Below, one piece after another: positions 27,229 to 36,743 of a stretch of 64,000 bases of DNA. Location of the stretch: contig PLXQ01000018.1 in NCBI GenBank assembly GCA_003151475.1, positions 1 to 64,000 of the forward strand, read 5' to 3'. The notes under the pieces were generated by a model. The model was given only the letters and a program-made list of their open reading frames with translations. It did no database searches and was not told the DNA's origin. The position numbers and the translations under genes are program-made. Position 1 is the stretch's first letter; each line of letters opens with the position of its first letter. The stretch is from Acidimicrobiaceae bacterium. GTDB taxonomy: Bacteria > Actinomycetota > Acidimicrobiia > Acidimicrobiales > UBA8190.

Positions 27229-28074
27229 TTGAGGAGGATGGGCGCCGCCCGCCAACCCCCTCCCTCCACCCACCCAATGTGGGCCCAATCGGGCGTCGAA
27301 CTCGATACCGATGGACGGCATAGCCTCGCGCCCGTGTCGGTACGTCGACGGGGATCATGGGCTTCCTTAGGGGCTGCTGGTGCTTACCGCGACCCCTGGT
27401 CGGTCTCCAGTGCACCAAACGCGTTGTCAGGAGTCTCAAGGATCGCTGCCCGTGTCAGCACGCCGACGTCGACGATCACGACGGAGCGGGCGGTCGCAGA
27501 GCCCGGTCCGTCAGGCTCGATCCGGATTCCGGTGGGACCGGTCACGACGGCCGCGCCCACTTTGGACTGCACGACCGGCGAACTGGTTTTGACCGTTCAC
27601 CCGGACCGGGCGAGCTACAACTGGGGTGACACGATGATCGTCACGCTGCACCTGGCGCTCACGTCCGGCCCGGCTTGTCGAATACCCGCCGACGCGTGCA
27701 CGCCTCAGGTGGTCGTCCATTTCTACGACCCCACCTTCGCCAACGGCACCGGCCTCCTCGGCCCCTTTACGGTGCCTTGTTCCTCGGACCCGCTTCTGGT
27801 CGCGTCCGGGTCGGGAGCCGCCGTCGGAGTGCCGGCACGGTTTGGCTCCAGCTCAGGGAACACCGACTGTCAGGACTCCCACGATGGCGTCGAACAGTGG
27901 GACGGACATCTCGGGTGGCAACTGGGCCCAGGCCACATTCTGAGCGCCGATCCGTTTTACGTCCGGGTCGTCACCCCCGCCCGGGCCTCGTCCACAACCA
28001 CCACCACATCGACGACCCCGCCAGCCACCACCACGTCGACGTCAACCCCACCAACGACGACATCGACGACTTAG
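27229..28074 (+). CDS. Hypothetical protein with Cys-containing domain and C-terminal Ser/Thr/Pro-rich linker ending at the stop (possibly truncated)
   Basis: ORF as given; no convincing signal peptide or start in frame. Ends ...ASSTTTTTSTTPPATTTSTSTPPTTTSTT*, a linker with no domain after it. Lies just before the outermost island boundary repeat (28371..28412). Confidence 0.3.
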   Translation: MRRMGAARQPPPSTHPMWAQSGVELDTDGRHSLAPVSVRRRGSWASLGAAGAYRDPWSVSSAPNALSGVSRIAARVSTPTSTITTERAVAEPGPSGSIRIPVGPVTTAAPTLDCTTGELVLTVHPDRASYNWGDTMIVTLHLALTSGPACRIPADACTPQVVVHFYDPTFANGTGLLGPFTVPCSSDPLLVASGSGAAVGVPARFGSSSGNTDCQDSHDGVEQWDGHLGWQLGPGHILSADPFYVRVVTPARASSTTTTTSTTPPATTTSTSTPPTTTSTT

Positions 28075-28370
28075 ACGCTCCCGAGGCACCTCCTTTCCTG
28101 AGAGAACGTCGCGATCCAGGAGAGACGGATGGGCGCCCCGTCCATGGAGCGCCCATCCGCCACGGCACAGGGTGCACGCAAGGAGACGTCGTTTAGGCGC
28201 CTCCAAGGTTCCTGACCGCCTCGTCGATGTACCCGCCGCCGACTTTGCGAAACACCGCCGCCGGGCGGGCTCACGCTCTGCGACGCTCGGGTTGCGACCG
28301 ACTGTCACCGCTCCGGGGAACTTACGAGTCGAGGGCCAGCCAGGCCAAGGATCTGACCGGCTAATTCGGA

Positions 28371-28412
28371 GTCGGGCTGGCGGGATTCGAACCGCGACCT
28401 CTTGACCCCCAG
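28371..28412 (-). repeat. Degenerate partial copy of the tRNA-Pro 3' half (outer att-like boundary)
   Basis: gtcgggctggcgggattcgaa-ccgcgacctcttgacccccag compared with the tRNA 3' segment tggtcgggctggcgggatttgaacccgcgacctcttgacccccag: one substitution and one deletion. Followed by gtatc, which is shared with copy 2. Confidence 0.7.
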
Positions 28413-29041
28413 GTATCGGCCAGCGAACGTTGTGCAATGGACCCGATGACCAGGTGGTCTTTGAGCGAACGCGGTGAAAGTTATGCGCGAGTGGAATCAC
28501 CGACGCGCCTGGGGCAACCCGATGAGAGCAATGCGGTTTTCTCGGGAGTCGGAGAGTCGAGCTACACGATGGCTTCGGGTGGCCACGGCGCCCGATGGGG
28601 ACCCCCACGGCGAGTGCCACGGCTGCTGGGCCCAGAACCCGCCGCGAATGGCCTCGCCGACGTTACCGTCTTGCCCACGTGCTCTTCACAGGCCGACCCG
28701 CCGAGGCTGGCACGGTTAATGAGACGCCAGCGCAAAATGGAGGGGGATGTCCCGTCGTTCGATTGCGAGATGTGACTGAGTCAACGCAAGGGCCTGGTAG
28801 ATGCTCCTGTTCTCATCAGCCGTCGTCAGTGCTCGTCGAATGGCAACCACTAAGGCACACCATCGGGACCTGACTCGGCGTACCATTTTCGTCCGACGGT
28901 GACACCTACGACGGAAGTGACGCCGCCCGGCTGCCGAGCCGCCAACCACCCCTCAACGTTCTCACGACGCTATGCCAGCCACCCGAGCTCGGGCATCGTC
29001 CTCGCCCTCCTCCCGACGGGAGGCGTTATGCTCGGCGGCGC

Positions 29042-29863
29042 ATGATTGATGACGATCTACCGCTCGGAGTCCGTGCTCGGTATCGACTAGCGCGAATGTT
29101 TGAGAACCGGGTGGCGGCTCATCTGCCAGACCGCCATCTCCGGATTCCTGGCCCCGACGGCAAGATCTATTTGAATCTTCGGGAGTCAGGAATGACTGTC
29201 AACCGTGCCTTTCGAGTCTATGAATATTGGATGATGTCCTTTGTGCGCTCGTTGCTCGAACCCGGGATGACGGCGATTGACGTCGGAGCGAATCAGGGCG
29301 ATTACACATTGCGGTTCGCCCACCTGGTAAAAGATGGCGGAAGGGTCCTTGCGTTCGAACCCGATCCCGAGAACTGCCACTGGTTACAAAAGAGCATTGA
29401 GGCCAACGACTACAGATGGGTTGAGGTCCACCAGATCGCTCTCTCAGAGCGAGAAGGATCCGCTACCTTCTATCCTGGCGGCAAGTCGGGGTGGGGATCG
29501 CTCAAACCTGGTAGCCGTAATGCAAAGAAGCGTCCGCCATTCGACGTCAGGACACGTCGGTTGGATGATGTGTTGTCTGATCTTGCGATCGGCAATGTCG
29601 ATCTCATCAAGGTGGATGTCGAGGGGAGCGAACTGGGTGTTCTCAAGGGGTGCCAGAGCCTTCTCTCCGATAGCAAGAACGTCACTCTGGTCTTGGATGT
29701 CGACGCTGAAACCGAAGATGATGAGCGCCAGGAAATCTACGAATTCCTGAATTCCACCTGTGGCCTGCAGGTTTGGAAGCTAGGCAAGACGATCGAGTCA
29801 TCGCGAAATCTGGAGGCCGCTGGCGCCGTCGTGGCTAGCAAGCGACCCAACATGTCACGCTGA
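29042..29863 (+). CDS. FkbM-family methyltransferase
   Basis: SAM-binding motif TAIDVGANQGDYTLRFA...GRVLAFEPDPEN and the C-terminal FkbM-domain pattern. Local GC is about 53% against about 70% for the flanks. Confidence 0.8.
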   Translation: MIDDDLPLGVRARYRLARMFENRVAAHLPDRHLRIPGPDGKIYLNLRESGMTVNRAFRVYEYWMMSFVRSLLEPGMTAIDVGANQGDYTLRFAHLVKDGGRVLAFEPDPENCHWLQKSIEANDYRWVEVHQIALSEREGSATFYPGGKSGWGSLKPGSRNAKKRPPFDVRTRRLDDVLSDLAIGNVDLIKVDVEGSELGVLKGCQSLLSDSKNVTLVLDVDAETEDDERQEIYEFLNSTCGLQVWKLGKTIESSRNLEAAGAVVASKRPNMSR

Positions 29864-29879
29864 ACGCTGCCAACTTCAG

Positions 29880-29925
29880 TGGTCGGGCTGGCGGGATTTG
29901 AACCCGCGACCTCTTGACCCCCAGG
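29880..29925 (-). repeat. Exact 46-bp copy of the tRNA-Pro 3' half (inner att-like repeat)
   Basis: tggtcgggctggcgggatttgaacccgcgacctcttgacccccag is identical to 30742..30786; it diverges after ccag (gtatc here, tcaag in the tRNA). Confidence 0.85.
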
Positions 29926-30081
29926 TATCTCGCGGTTAGCGGTGTGCGTCGGAGCCTTCTGGCCTGGGTCGGGACGTGCGAAACCCGTGAAGTTAAGCGC
30001 GGGTCGAACTGCGTCCTTGCGGCGGGACCCCTGAGTGACGGACCGGCACGTCCAGCGCAGCCCGTTGTCCATAATGGTTCG

Positions 30082-30579
30082 GTGGAACCAGACAGGACCG
30101 AAAAGACTCTCTGGGAGGCATCACGGTGGTCCTTCTTTGCGACCGTTTGGCCTGCCGCCCTGTTCGTGGTGGGTGCCGCTGCGGTCGTGGCCGGGCTGAC
30201 GGGTCTGTTGCGGTTGTGGGGGGAACCGCCGGGGTGGAACTACGCCATTCTCCTGGCCTGGGGTGTTGCGGCCATGGTCCTGGAGTATTGGCAGTTCAAC
30301 TTCATGGCGACACGCGTCGTTTCAGACCACGACGGGTCCTTCACGTTCATAGCGCGCAGGCGAACCTCACGTGTCGAACCCGGCGACGTCACCGGTGTTG
30401 AAGGGTGGTCGTCCTTTTCAGACTTCCTTCAAATTCTCCCACTCCGGGTGCGCACGGTTCGTGGTTCGATCTGGTTGGTTCGACAGGTAGGTGACCTCGG
30501 CCAACTACTCCAGGCATTGAAGGACAGCAACGTCAGTATGAATTTCCGCCCTCAGAGTCTCGAGTGGACCGCCCGATAG
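30082..30579 (+). CDS. Hypothetical membrane protein (two TM helices plus soluble C-terminal domain) inside the tRNA-proximal islet
   Basis: ORF 29914..30579 trimmed to GTG 30082 ahead of the first TM (WSFFATVWPAALFVVGAAAVVAGLTGLL; WNYAILLAWGVAAMVLEYW). No family recognised. Confidence 0.35.
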   Translation: MEPDRTEKTLWEASRWSFFATVWPAALFVVGAAAVVAGLTGLLRLWGEPPGWNYAILLAWGVAAMVLEYWQFNFMATRVVSDHDGSFTFIARRRTSRVEPGDVTGVEGWSSFSDFLQILPLRVRTVRGSIWLVRQVGDLGQLLQALKDSNVSMNFRPQSLEWTAR

Positions 30580-30741
30580 GACGGCTTGAATTCTGGCAAC
30601 GCGGTCGTGGGCGTTGAGTCATCTTCCGGTCGTGCCGATCCGTCTGACGGGAGTTGTCGGTCGTCGTGTCATGCCGAGTTAGGCGCACTTGTGCGCTGCT
30701 CCCCAGGGCGACGCGTCGAGTTTTCGACGTTTCCCCCGGAT

Positions 30742-30818
30742 GGTCGGGCTGGCGGGATTTGAACCCGCGACCTCTTGACCCCCAGTCAAGCACGCTAACC
30801 AAGCTGCGCCACAGCCCG
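30742..30818 (-). tRNA. tRNA-Pro (anticodon GGG)
   Basis: Reverse complement reads CGGGCTG-TG-GCGCAGCTTGGTTAGCGTG-CTTGA-CTGGGGG-TCAAG-AGGTC-GCGGGTTCAAATCCCGC-CAGCCCG-A-CCA. This gives a 7-bp acceptor stem, a GTTCAAATC T-loop, a 7-nt anticodon loop with GGG at positions 34-36, and an encoded CCA. Confidence 0.9.
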
Positions 30819-30875
30819 AATGTTGCAGTCCGGCAGTCTACCCACACCCACACGAGCGGTCCGGCGGCGACCCGA

Positions 30876-31073
30876 TCAGGCGTGATGGATGAGCCAGCCG
30901 ATCCCCTGGTAGGTCCGCCATCCGAGATAGATGACGGTGGCGCCGAGCAGGAACTTGAAGTGCCACGGCACCGGACGGCGCTCCTCCAGGGGCTCGCCGC
31001 ACGACGGACAGCCCCCGTCGTCGCTGATTTCGTCGTCCTCGACCATCTGATGACATGACTCACACCAGGCCAT
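30876..31073 (-). CDS. Small zinc-ribbon membrane protein (65 aa)
   Basis: Internal Met of ORF 30876..31481: MAWCESCHQMVEDDEISDDGGCPSCGEPLEE (CxxC...CxxC) followed by a TM segment FKFLLGATVIYLGW. Located 9 nt downstream of der. Confidence 0.5.
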   Translation of the reverse strand: MAWCESCHQMVEDDEISDDGGCPSCGEPLEERRPVPWHFKFLLGATVIYLGWRTYQGIGWLIHHA

Positions 31074-31081
31074 GAGCGACG

Positions 31082-32560
31082 TCAGCCCCGCAGCCGCACC
31101 CGGATCTTGATGGGTGTCGGTCCGAGCCCGAACTCCTCGCGCAGTTTGCGCTCCACGTAACGGAGGTAGGTGGCATTCAGCCGACGGGTGGCGAAGAGGG
31201 TGAACGTCGGCGGATCGATGGCCCCCTGCACGGCGTAACGGATCCGCGATCCGGGCGGAGGATGGGCCACCTGGATCGACCGCATGGCCCGGTTCAGCTC
31301 GCCGGTGGGGATCCGCCGGTGGTAGGCCTCGACGGCTTTGCGCAGCGCGGGCAGGATCCGGTGCACACCCATGCCCGTCCGGGCACTCACCTTCACCACC
31401 GGTGACTCGCCCAGGAAGGCGAGCCGGTCGTCCACGTCGGCCAGGATCATGGGACGATCCTCGGTCGCCACCAACTCCCACTTGTTCATGATCACCACCA
31501 CCGGACTGCCCGAGGCGCCGATCCGTTCGGCCAGACGCTGGTCCTGATGGGTGACGCCTTCGGTGGCGTCGATGACCAGAAGCACGACGTCGGCCAGGTC
31601 GAGAGCGGCCAGGGCCCGGACCATGGCGAAGTACTCGGTGCCGTCTTCGGTCCTCGACTTCCGTCGCATGCCGGCGGTGTCGACAAAGCGGATGGGACCG
31701 TCGGGGGTATCGAGCACGGTGTCGATGGCGTCACGGGTCGTTCCCGGCAGGTCGTGGACGATCGAGCGCTCCTCGCCGAGCAGCCGGTTGAAGAGCGTGG
31801 ACTTCCCTACGTTCGGCCGTCCCACCAGCGCCACCCGGGGGCAGTCGATGCCGTCGTCGACCTCGCCCAGAAGCGGTTCGTCACCGTCGTCGTCGCTGGC
31901 GGAGCGACGTCGCGTGGCCGCGCCGTCATGAGCAGCCCCCGCAACGGCATCTCCCACCGCCAACTCCGAGCCGTCGACGGTCTTGAACCGCTCCACGATC
32001 TCGTCGAGCAGGTCGCCGGTTCCTCGTCCGTGGAGCGCACTCACCATCCAGGGGTCGCCGAAGCCGAGCGAGACGAACTCCCAGGCGTCGGTCTCGCGTC
32101 GTTCGTTGTCGACCTTGTTGGCGATCAGCATCACGTCGCCCACCCGCCGCCGCAGCAGCCGGGCGATGTCCTCGTCCTCGGTGGTGATCCCCACGGTCAC
32201 GTCCACTACCTGGATCACGATGTCGGCACTGGCCACCGCCCGCTCGGCTTGCTCGGCCACCTTGGTATCGAGCTCGTCGCCGCCGCCCAACCAGCCACCG
32301 GTGTCCACCACCACGAAGGGGTGTCCATTCCACTCGGCGTCGAGCTCGAGCCGGTCCCGGGTCACCCCCGGTCGTTCTTCGACCACGGCCGCCCGTCGCC
32401 CCACGATCCGGTTCACGAGCGTCGACTTCCCCACGTTCGGTCGTCCGGCCACCACCACCACCGGCAACCGGGCCGTGGCGCCGGCGGCGGGCGCGCCGTG
32501 ACGCCCGGTCCGCACGGTCCGCACGGGGGCATTGTCCTCGACCGGCGTGAGGGGCGTCAT
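31082..32560 (-). CDS. der: Ribosome-associated GTPase Der (EngA), tandem GTPase domains
   Basis: Two G1 motifs (GRPNVGKSTLVNR; GRPNVGKSTLFNR) with the associated G3/G4 motifs and a KH-like C-terminus. Confidence 0.95.
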   Translation of the reverse strand: MTPLTPVEDNAPVRTVRTGRHGAPAAGATARLPVVVVAGRPNVGKSTLVNRIVGRRAAVVEERPGVTRDRLELDAEWNGHPFVVVDTGGWLGGGDELDTKVAEQAERAVASADIVIQVVDVTVGITTEDEDIARLLRRRVGDVMLIANKVDNERRETDAWEFVSLGFGDPWMVSALHGRGTGDLLDEIVERFKTVDGSELAVGDAVAGAAHDGAATRRRSASDDDGDEPLLGEVDDGIDCPRVALVGRPNVGKSTLFNRLLGEERSIVHDLPGTTRDAIDTVLDTPDGPIRFVDTAGMRRKSRTEDGTEYFAMVRALAALDLADVVLLVIDATEGVTHQDQRLAERIGASGSPVVVIMNKWELVATEDRPMILADVDDRLAFLGESPVVKVSARTGMGVHRILPALRKAVEAYHRRIPTGELNRAMRSIQVAHPPPGSRIRYAVQGAIDPPTFTLFATRRLNATYLRYVERKLREEFGLGPTPIKIRVRLRG

Positions 32561-33993
32561 CGGCTTTGTCCCAGGGCCACGGGCACCGGCGCCGCTTGCG
32601 TCACGCCGGCCAGAGGGGCGTCGAGGGCGCGGCGCAGAGAGAGGCCGTCGGCGGCCACGATCTCGACCGGCCGGGGCAGCTCGTCCACCGTCATCCCGTC
32701 GAGGAACCGTCCCTCGGACAGACAGACGTCGGGTAAAAGGTAACGGTGCCCCACCGGCTCGTGGGCCAGGGCCCGGGACACGTCCACTCCCGTCAGCAGA
32801 CCGGTCACGGCGATGTTCCCGCCGAAGAAGGCGTTGTGCACAGCCAACAACCGGATCGACGCCTGTGTCGAGCCCACCGCGGTGGCGCCGTACTCGGCCA
32901 GCAACGGCCCGAGCACCATGGCGCCGTACTCGCCCGTGATCACGGCCACCGGCGCCTCGGCGCTCTGTCGCGATCCGTCGTTCCCGGCACCGCGGCGCGG
33001 GGCCCGGTAACCGGCGGCAGGGGCGCCGTCGACCCAGGCGAAGAAACCCGGCTTCACACCGAAGGCGGCACTGTCGTCACCCCCGAAAGCGGCGGCGAAG
33101 GCCCGGGCCATCCCGATCCCGTTCTCGTGCTGGGGGAAACCGTCGTAGCGCGCAGTGTCGGGAAACGGCCGTCCGCCGATCAGGTAGTACTCGTCGGCCA
33201 CGTAGAACAGCCGCCGACCGAGCACACCGAGAGCCAGTTCCTGCCACTGCTCCACCGTGTCGATCACGCCGGCCGCCTCGGCCATCGTGTGTGCCCTCAT
33301 GGCCGTCTCCGTGGTGTAGTCGCTCACCCCTAAGGGCACGCAGGCCACGGTGGCCAGTTCCGGGTACTCGTCCAACACCCCGGCCAGTGTCGTCTCGAGC
33401 GCCTCGCCGTCGTTCACCCCGGGACAGACGACGATCTGTCCGTGCACCTCGATCCCGCCGTCGAGAAGTGCCCGCAGCCAGCGCAGGCTGGTGGCCCCCC
33501 GCGGGTTGCGCAGCATCTTCGACCGCAACACCGGATCGGTGCTGTGGATGGAGACGAACAACGGTGACAGCCCCTCGGAGAGCACCCTCTCCAGATCGAG
33601 CTCGGTGAACCGGGTCAAGGTGGTGAAGTTCCCGTAGAGAAACGACAGCCGGTAGTCGTCGTCCTTCAGGTAGAGGCTCCGGCGCATCCCTTTGGGCAGT
33701 TGGTAGATGAAGCAGAACTCGCAGTGGTTGTCGCACGTCCGCACCCGGTCGAACAGAGCCGACGACACCTCGAGCCCGAGGGCCTCCCCGGCGTCCTTGC
33801 CCACCGTCACCGACAGCTCTTGGTGGCCGCGCCGTATCTCGAGCTCAGGATCGGCCTCGTCGACCAGTAGGCGGTACTCGATCACGTCTTTGGGCACGCG
33901 ACCGTCGATGGCCAGCAGCTCATCGCCGACCTGGAGGCCGGCCCGCTGCGCGGGTGACGCGGCCGCCACCGAGACCACCCGGGGCGCCGACAT
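32557..33993 (-). CDS. PDZ plus DUF512 (radical-SAM-like) domain protein
   Basis: N-terminal PDZ (AQRAGLQVGDELLAIDGRVP), a CDNHCEFCF cysteine motif and the DUF512 C-terminal region. 4-nt overlap with der. Confidence 0.75.
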   Translation of the reverse strand: MSAPRVVSVAAASPAQRAGLQVGDELLAIDGRVPKDVIEYRLLVDEADPELEIRRGHQELSVTVGKDAGEALGLEVSSALFDRVRTCDNHCEFCFIYQLPKGMRRSLYLKDDDYRLSFLYGNFTTLTRFTELDLERVLSEGLSPLFVSIHSTDPVLRSKMLRNPRGATSLRWLRALLDGGIEVHGQIVVCPGVNDGEALETTLAGVLDEYPELATVACVPLGVSDYTTETAMRAHTMAEAAGVIDTVEQWQELALGVLGRRLFYVADEYYLIGGRPFPDTARYDGFPQHENGIGMARAFAAAFGGDDSAAFGVKPGFFAWVDGAPAAGYRAPRRGAGNDGSRQSAEAPVAVITGEYGAMVLGPLLAEYGATAVGSTQASIRLLAVHNAFFGGNIAVTGLLTGVDVSRALAHEPVGHRYLLPDVCLSEGRFLDGMTVDELPRPVEIVAADGLSLRRALDAPLAGVTQAAPVPVALGQSR

Positions 33994-34044
33994 ACCCCCA
34001 GGCTACCGGGCCTGGACCGACGTCCCGGCCGGTAACCTTCGGTT

Positions 34045-35202
34045 GTGGCTGTCCAACGCGTCCTCCTCGCCTCCCCGAGGGGCTTCTGTGCCGGGGTGGA
34101 GAAGGCCATCAAGGCCCTGGCGTGGATGGTCCGGGTCTTCGAGCCGCCCGTCTACTGCTACCACGAGATCGTCCACAACCGTCACGTTGTCGAGCAGTTC
34201 CGCGCCCAGGGGGTCATCTTCGTCGACGACGTGGACGAGGTACCGGCCGGGGCGCCGCTCATGCTCTCGGCCCACGGATCGGCCCCCGAGGTGGTGGCCG
34301 ACGCCCGCCGCCACGACCGCATCGTCGTCGACGCCGTCTGCCCCCTCGTCACCAAGGTCCACCACGAACTCAAGGTCCGCGCCCGCAAGGGCTACACCGT
34401 CCTCTACGTCGGCCACGAGGGCCACGAGGAGGCGGTGGGCACCATGGCCGTCGCCCCTGCCTCGGTCCGCCTGGTCCAATCCGAGCAGGAGGTGGACGAC
34501 GCCCGGGTCGATCCCTCCTCCCCCGTGGCGCTTCTGGCCCAGACCACCCTGAGCCATGACGAGTGGTCGGGCATCATGGCTCGGGCCAAAGAGCGCTTCC
34601 CCGACCTCTGGATGCCGGGCCGTTCCGATCTCTGCTTCGCCACCACCAACCGTCAGGCGGCGCTGAAGGCCATCGCCGGGCGCGCCGATGTCGTCGTCGT
34701 CATCGGCTCGTTCAACTCGTCGAACACCCGGGCCCTCGAGAAAGTGGCCCGGGCCATGGGCTGTCCGCGGGTGCTCCGCATCAACTCGGCCGACGAACTG
34801 CCCGACGACCTCACGGGCACGGTGGCCGTCACCGCCGGCGCGTCCGCCCCCGACGAACTGGTCGAGGCCGTCGTCAAGCGCCTGGCCCCCATCGACGGCA
34901 TGGAGGAGATTCGCGTCACCGACGAGGACGAGTACTTCCCCCCTCCCCCCGAGATGCGCGACCTCCTTGTGGCCCTGGGCGGGGCCCTGGCCCTCGGTCT
35001 CGGCGCGCCGGCCCCGGGGTCAGGACCGGTACCCCGCGCCACTGACCCCACCGGTGACGCTGGCTCTGCCGATAACGCAGGCTCTGCCGATAACGCAGGC
35101 ACTGTCGATGACACGGTGAGCGATCCGGCCGACGACCTCGGGACGCTCTCCCGGGACCGTCACGTCTCGGCCGCCGACGTCCTCGCCCGTCTGGCGGGGT
35201 GA
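34045..35202 (+). CDS. ispH: 4-hydroxy-3-methylbut-2-enyl diphosphate reductase IspH/LytB, with an approximately 65-aa acidic low-complexity C-terminal extension
   Basis: Conserved IspH N-terminus MAVQRVLLASPRGFCAGVEKAI, Cys ligands and the HGSAPEV motif. The tail contains the tandem DAGSADNAGSADNAG. Confidence 0.95.
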   Translation: MAVQRVLLASPRGFCAGVEKAIKALAWMVRVFEPPVYCYHEIVHNRHVVEQFRAQGVIFVDDVDEVPAGAPLMLSAHGSAPEVVADARRHDRIVVDAVCPLVTKVHHELKVRARKGYTVLYVGHEGHEEAVGTMAVAPASVRLVQSEQEVDDARVDPSSPVALLAQTTLSHDEWSGIMARAKERFPDLWMPGRSDLCFATTNRQAALKAIAGRADVVVVIGSFNSSNTRALEKVARAMGCPRVLRINSADELPDDLTGTVAVTAGASAPDELVEAVVKRLAPIDGMEEIRVTDEDEYFPPPPEMRDLLVALGGALALGLGAPAPGSGPVPRATDPTGDAGSADNAGSADNAGTVDDTVSDPADDLGTLSRDRHVSAADVLARLAG

Positions 35203-36734
35203 GCACTGCCCCGGGACCCTCCCCGGTTACTCCCGCCGGCCCGTCGCCCGGTCTCCAGATCAGCAGCACCGCCGGCCGCTGGGTGGTGGCCGTCACCGTC
35301 CTCGGTTCGGCCATCGCCGCCATCGACTCCACCGTGGTGGGAATCGCCCTGCCCGCCATCGGACGCGACTTCTCCCTCTCGGTCTCGAGCCTGCAGTGGG
35401 TGGTGAGCGCCTATCTCCTGGCCCTCGCCGGCCTGCTTCTCGTCGGTGGCGCGCTCGGTGACCGCTTCGGCCGGCGCCGTATCTTCATCATCGGGGTGGT
35501 CTGCTTCGCCGTCACCTCCCTCGTCTGTGCCGTCGCCCCCAATGCCGCCGTCCTGATCGGCGGCCGCGCCCTGCAGGGGGTCGGCGCCGCGCTTCTCACA
35601 CCGGGATCGCTGGCCATCTTGCGGGCCTCGTTCGCCCCCGACGACCAGGGCCGGGCCGTGGGGGCCTGGTCGGGCCTGGGCGGGGTGGCCACGGCCATTG
35701 GTCCGTTCCTCGGAGGATTTCTCATCAGCGCCGTCTCCTGGCGCTTCATCTTCGTCATCAACCTCCCCATCGCCGTCCTCGTCGTCGTCATGGCCGCCCG
35801 CCATGTGCCGGAGACGACAGACCCCGAGGCCTCGGGACGTGTCGACATCCCCGGTGCCGTCCTCGTATCGGGCGGTCTCGTCGGCCTCACCGCCGGCATC
35901 ATCGAGGCGCCGAGCCACGGCTGGGGATCGGCCCCGGTGCTGGGGGCGCTCGTGGGGGGTGTCTGTTTCATCGCCGCCTTCCTGCTCCTCGAGGGTCGGA
36001 CCCGCCATCCCCTTCTGCCGCTCTCCATTTTCCGCTCCGCACAGTTCAGCGCCACCAACGTCGTCACCTTTCTCGTCTACGCCGCGCTCGGCGGGGCGCT
36101 GTTCCTGCTCCCCATCGAACTGGAGCAGGTCTCGCTCTACTCCCCCCTCGAAGCCGGAACATCGTTTTTGCCCCTCACGGCGATGATGCTGGCCTTCTCG
36201 GCGCGTTCGGGGGCGCTCGCCACCCGCATCGGTCCCCGGCTGCAGATGACCGTCGGTCCCCTCCTCGTCGGCGCCGGCATGGTCCTGTTCCGCCTGGTGG
36301 GAGCGGAGGGCAACTACCTGACCGAAGTCCTGCCCGGCATTGTCGTCCTGGGCGCCGGACTGGCTCTCACGGTGGCGCCGCTCACCACCACGGCCATGAG
36401 CTCGGTGGGGCCCGACCACGCCGGCATCGCCTCGGCCGTCAACAACGACGTGGCCCGCGCCGGCAGCCTGGTGGCCGTGGCCGTCCTCCCCGTGGTGGCC
36501 GGGATCACCGGGGCCAGCTACCTGCACCCCCTGGTCTTCTCGGCCGGCTTCCGCACGGCGGTCACCGTGGCCGGGCTGGTGTCGGCCGTCGGCGGACTGC
36601 TCTCGGGCGCCCTGATCAGAAATCCCCCTCCCGCCCCCGCCTCGGAGCCGAGGGCGCCGGGCACGGCCGCCACCTACTGTGCCCTCGAGGCCCCACCCCT
36701 GGCGGCGGCGTCGTCCGGCACGACGCGGGCCTGA
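35199..36734 (+). CDS. MFS transporter, DHA2 (EmrB/QacA) drug:H+ antiporter family, 14 TM
   Basis: Motif GRDFSLSVSSLQWVVSAYLLALAGLLLVGGALGDRFGRRR (MFS motifs A/C). GTGA 4-nt overlap with ispH. Confidence 0.9.
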   Translation: MSTAPGPSPVTPAGPSPGLQISSTAGRWVVAVTVLGSAIAAIDSTVVGIALPAIGRDFSLSVSSLQWVVSAYLLALAGLLLVGGALGDRFGRRRIFIIGVVCFAVTSLVCAVAPNAAVLIGGRALQGVGAALLTPGSLAILRASFAPDDQGRAVGAWSGLGGVATAIGPFLGGFLISAVSWRFIFVINLPIAVLVVVMAARHVPETTDPEASGRVDIPGAVLVSGGLVGLTAGIIEAPSHGWGSAPVLGALVGGVCFIAAFLLLEGRTRHPLLPLSIFRSAQFSATNVVTFLVYAALGGALFLLPIELEQVSLYSPLEAGTSFLPLTAMMLAFSARSGALATRIGPRLQMTVGPLLVGAGMVLFRLVGAEGNYLTEVLPGIVVLGAGLALTVAPLTTTAMSSVGPDHAGIASAVNNDVARAGSLVAVAVLPVVAGITGASYLHPLVFSAGFRTAVTVAGLVSAVGGLLSGALIRNPPPAPASEPRAPGTAATYCALEAPPLAAASSGTTRA

Positions 36735-36743
36735 GGCGCGAGA

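Larger units (their letters stand above)
28371..30741. mobile_element. Two stacked, degenerate tRNA-Pro-associated integrative islets (about 1.5 kb and 0.8 kb), bounded by direct repeats of the tRNA 3' half; no integrase retained
   Basis: Intact tRNA-Pro (minus strand, 3' end at 30742) plus same-orientation partial copies at 29880..29925 and 28371..28412 downstream of the tRNA 3' end. The enclosed DNA has lower GC and carries an FkbM methyltransferase and an orphan membrane protein. Confidence 0.55.

Noticed and set aside
29926-30081. Second tRNA gene at the inner att copy
   Set aside because: Only the 3' 46 nt match tRNA-Pro. The sequence diverges after cccccag and cannot form an anticodon or D arm, so it is a partial att-type duplicate rather than a tRNA.
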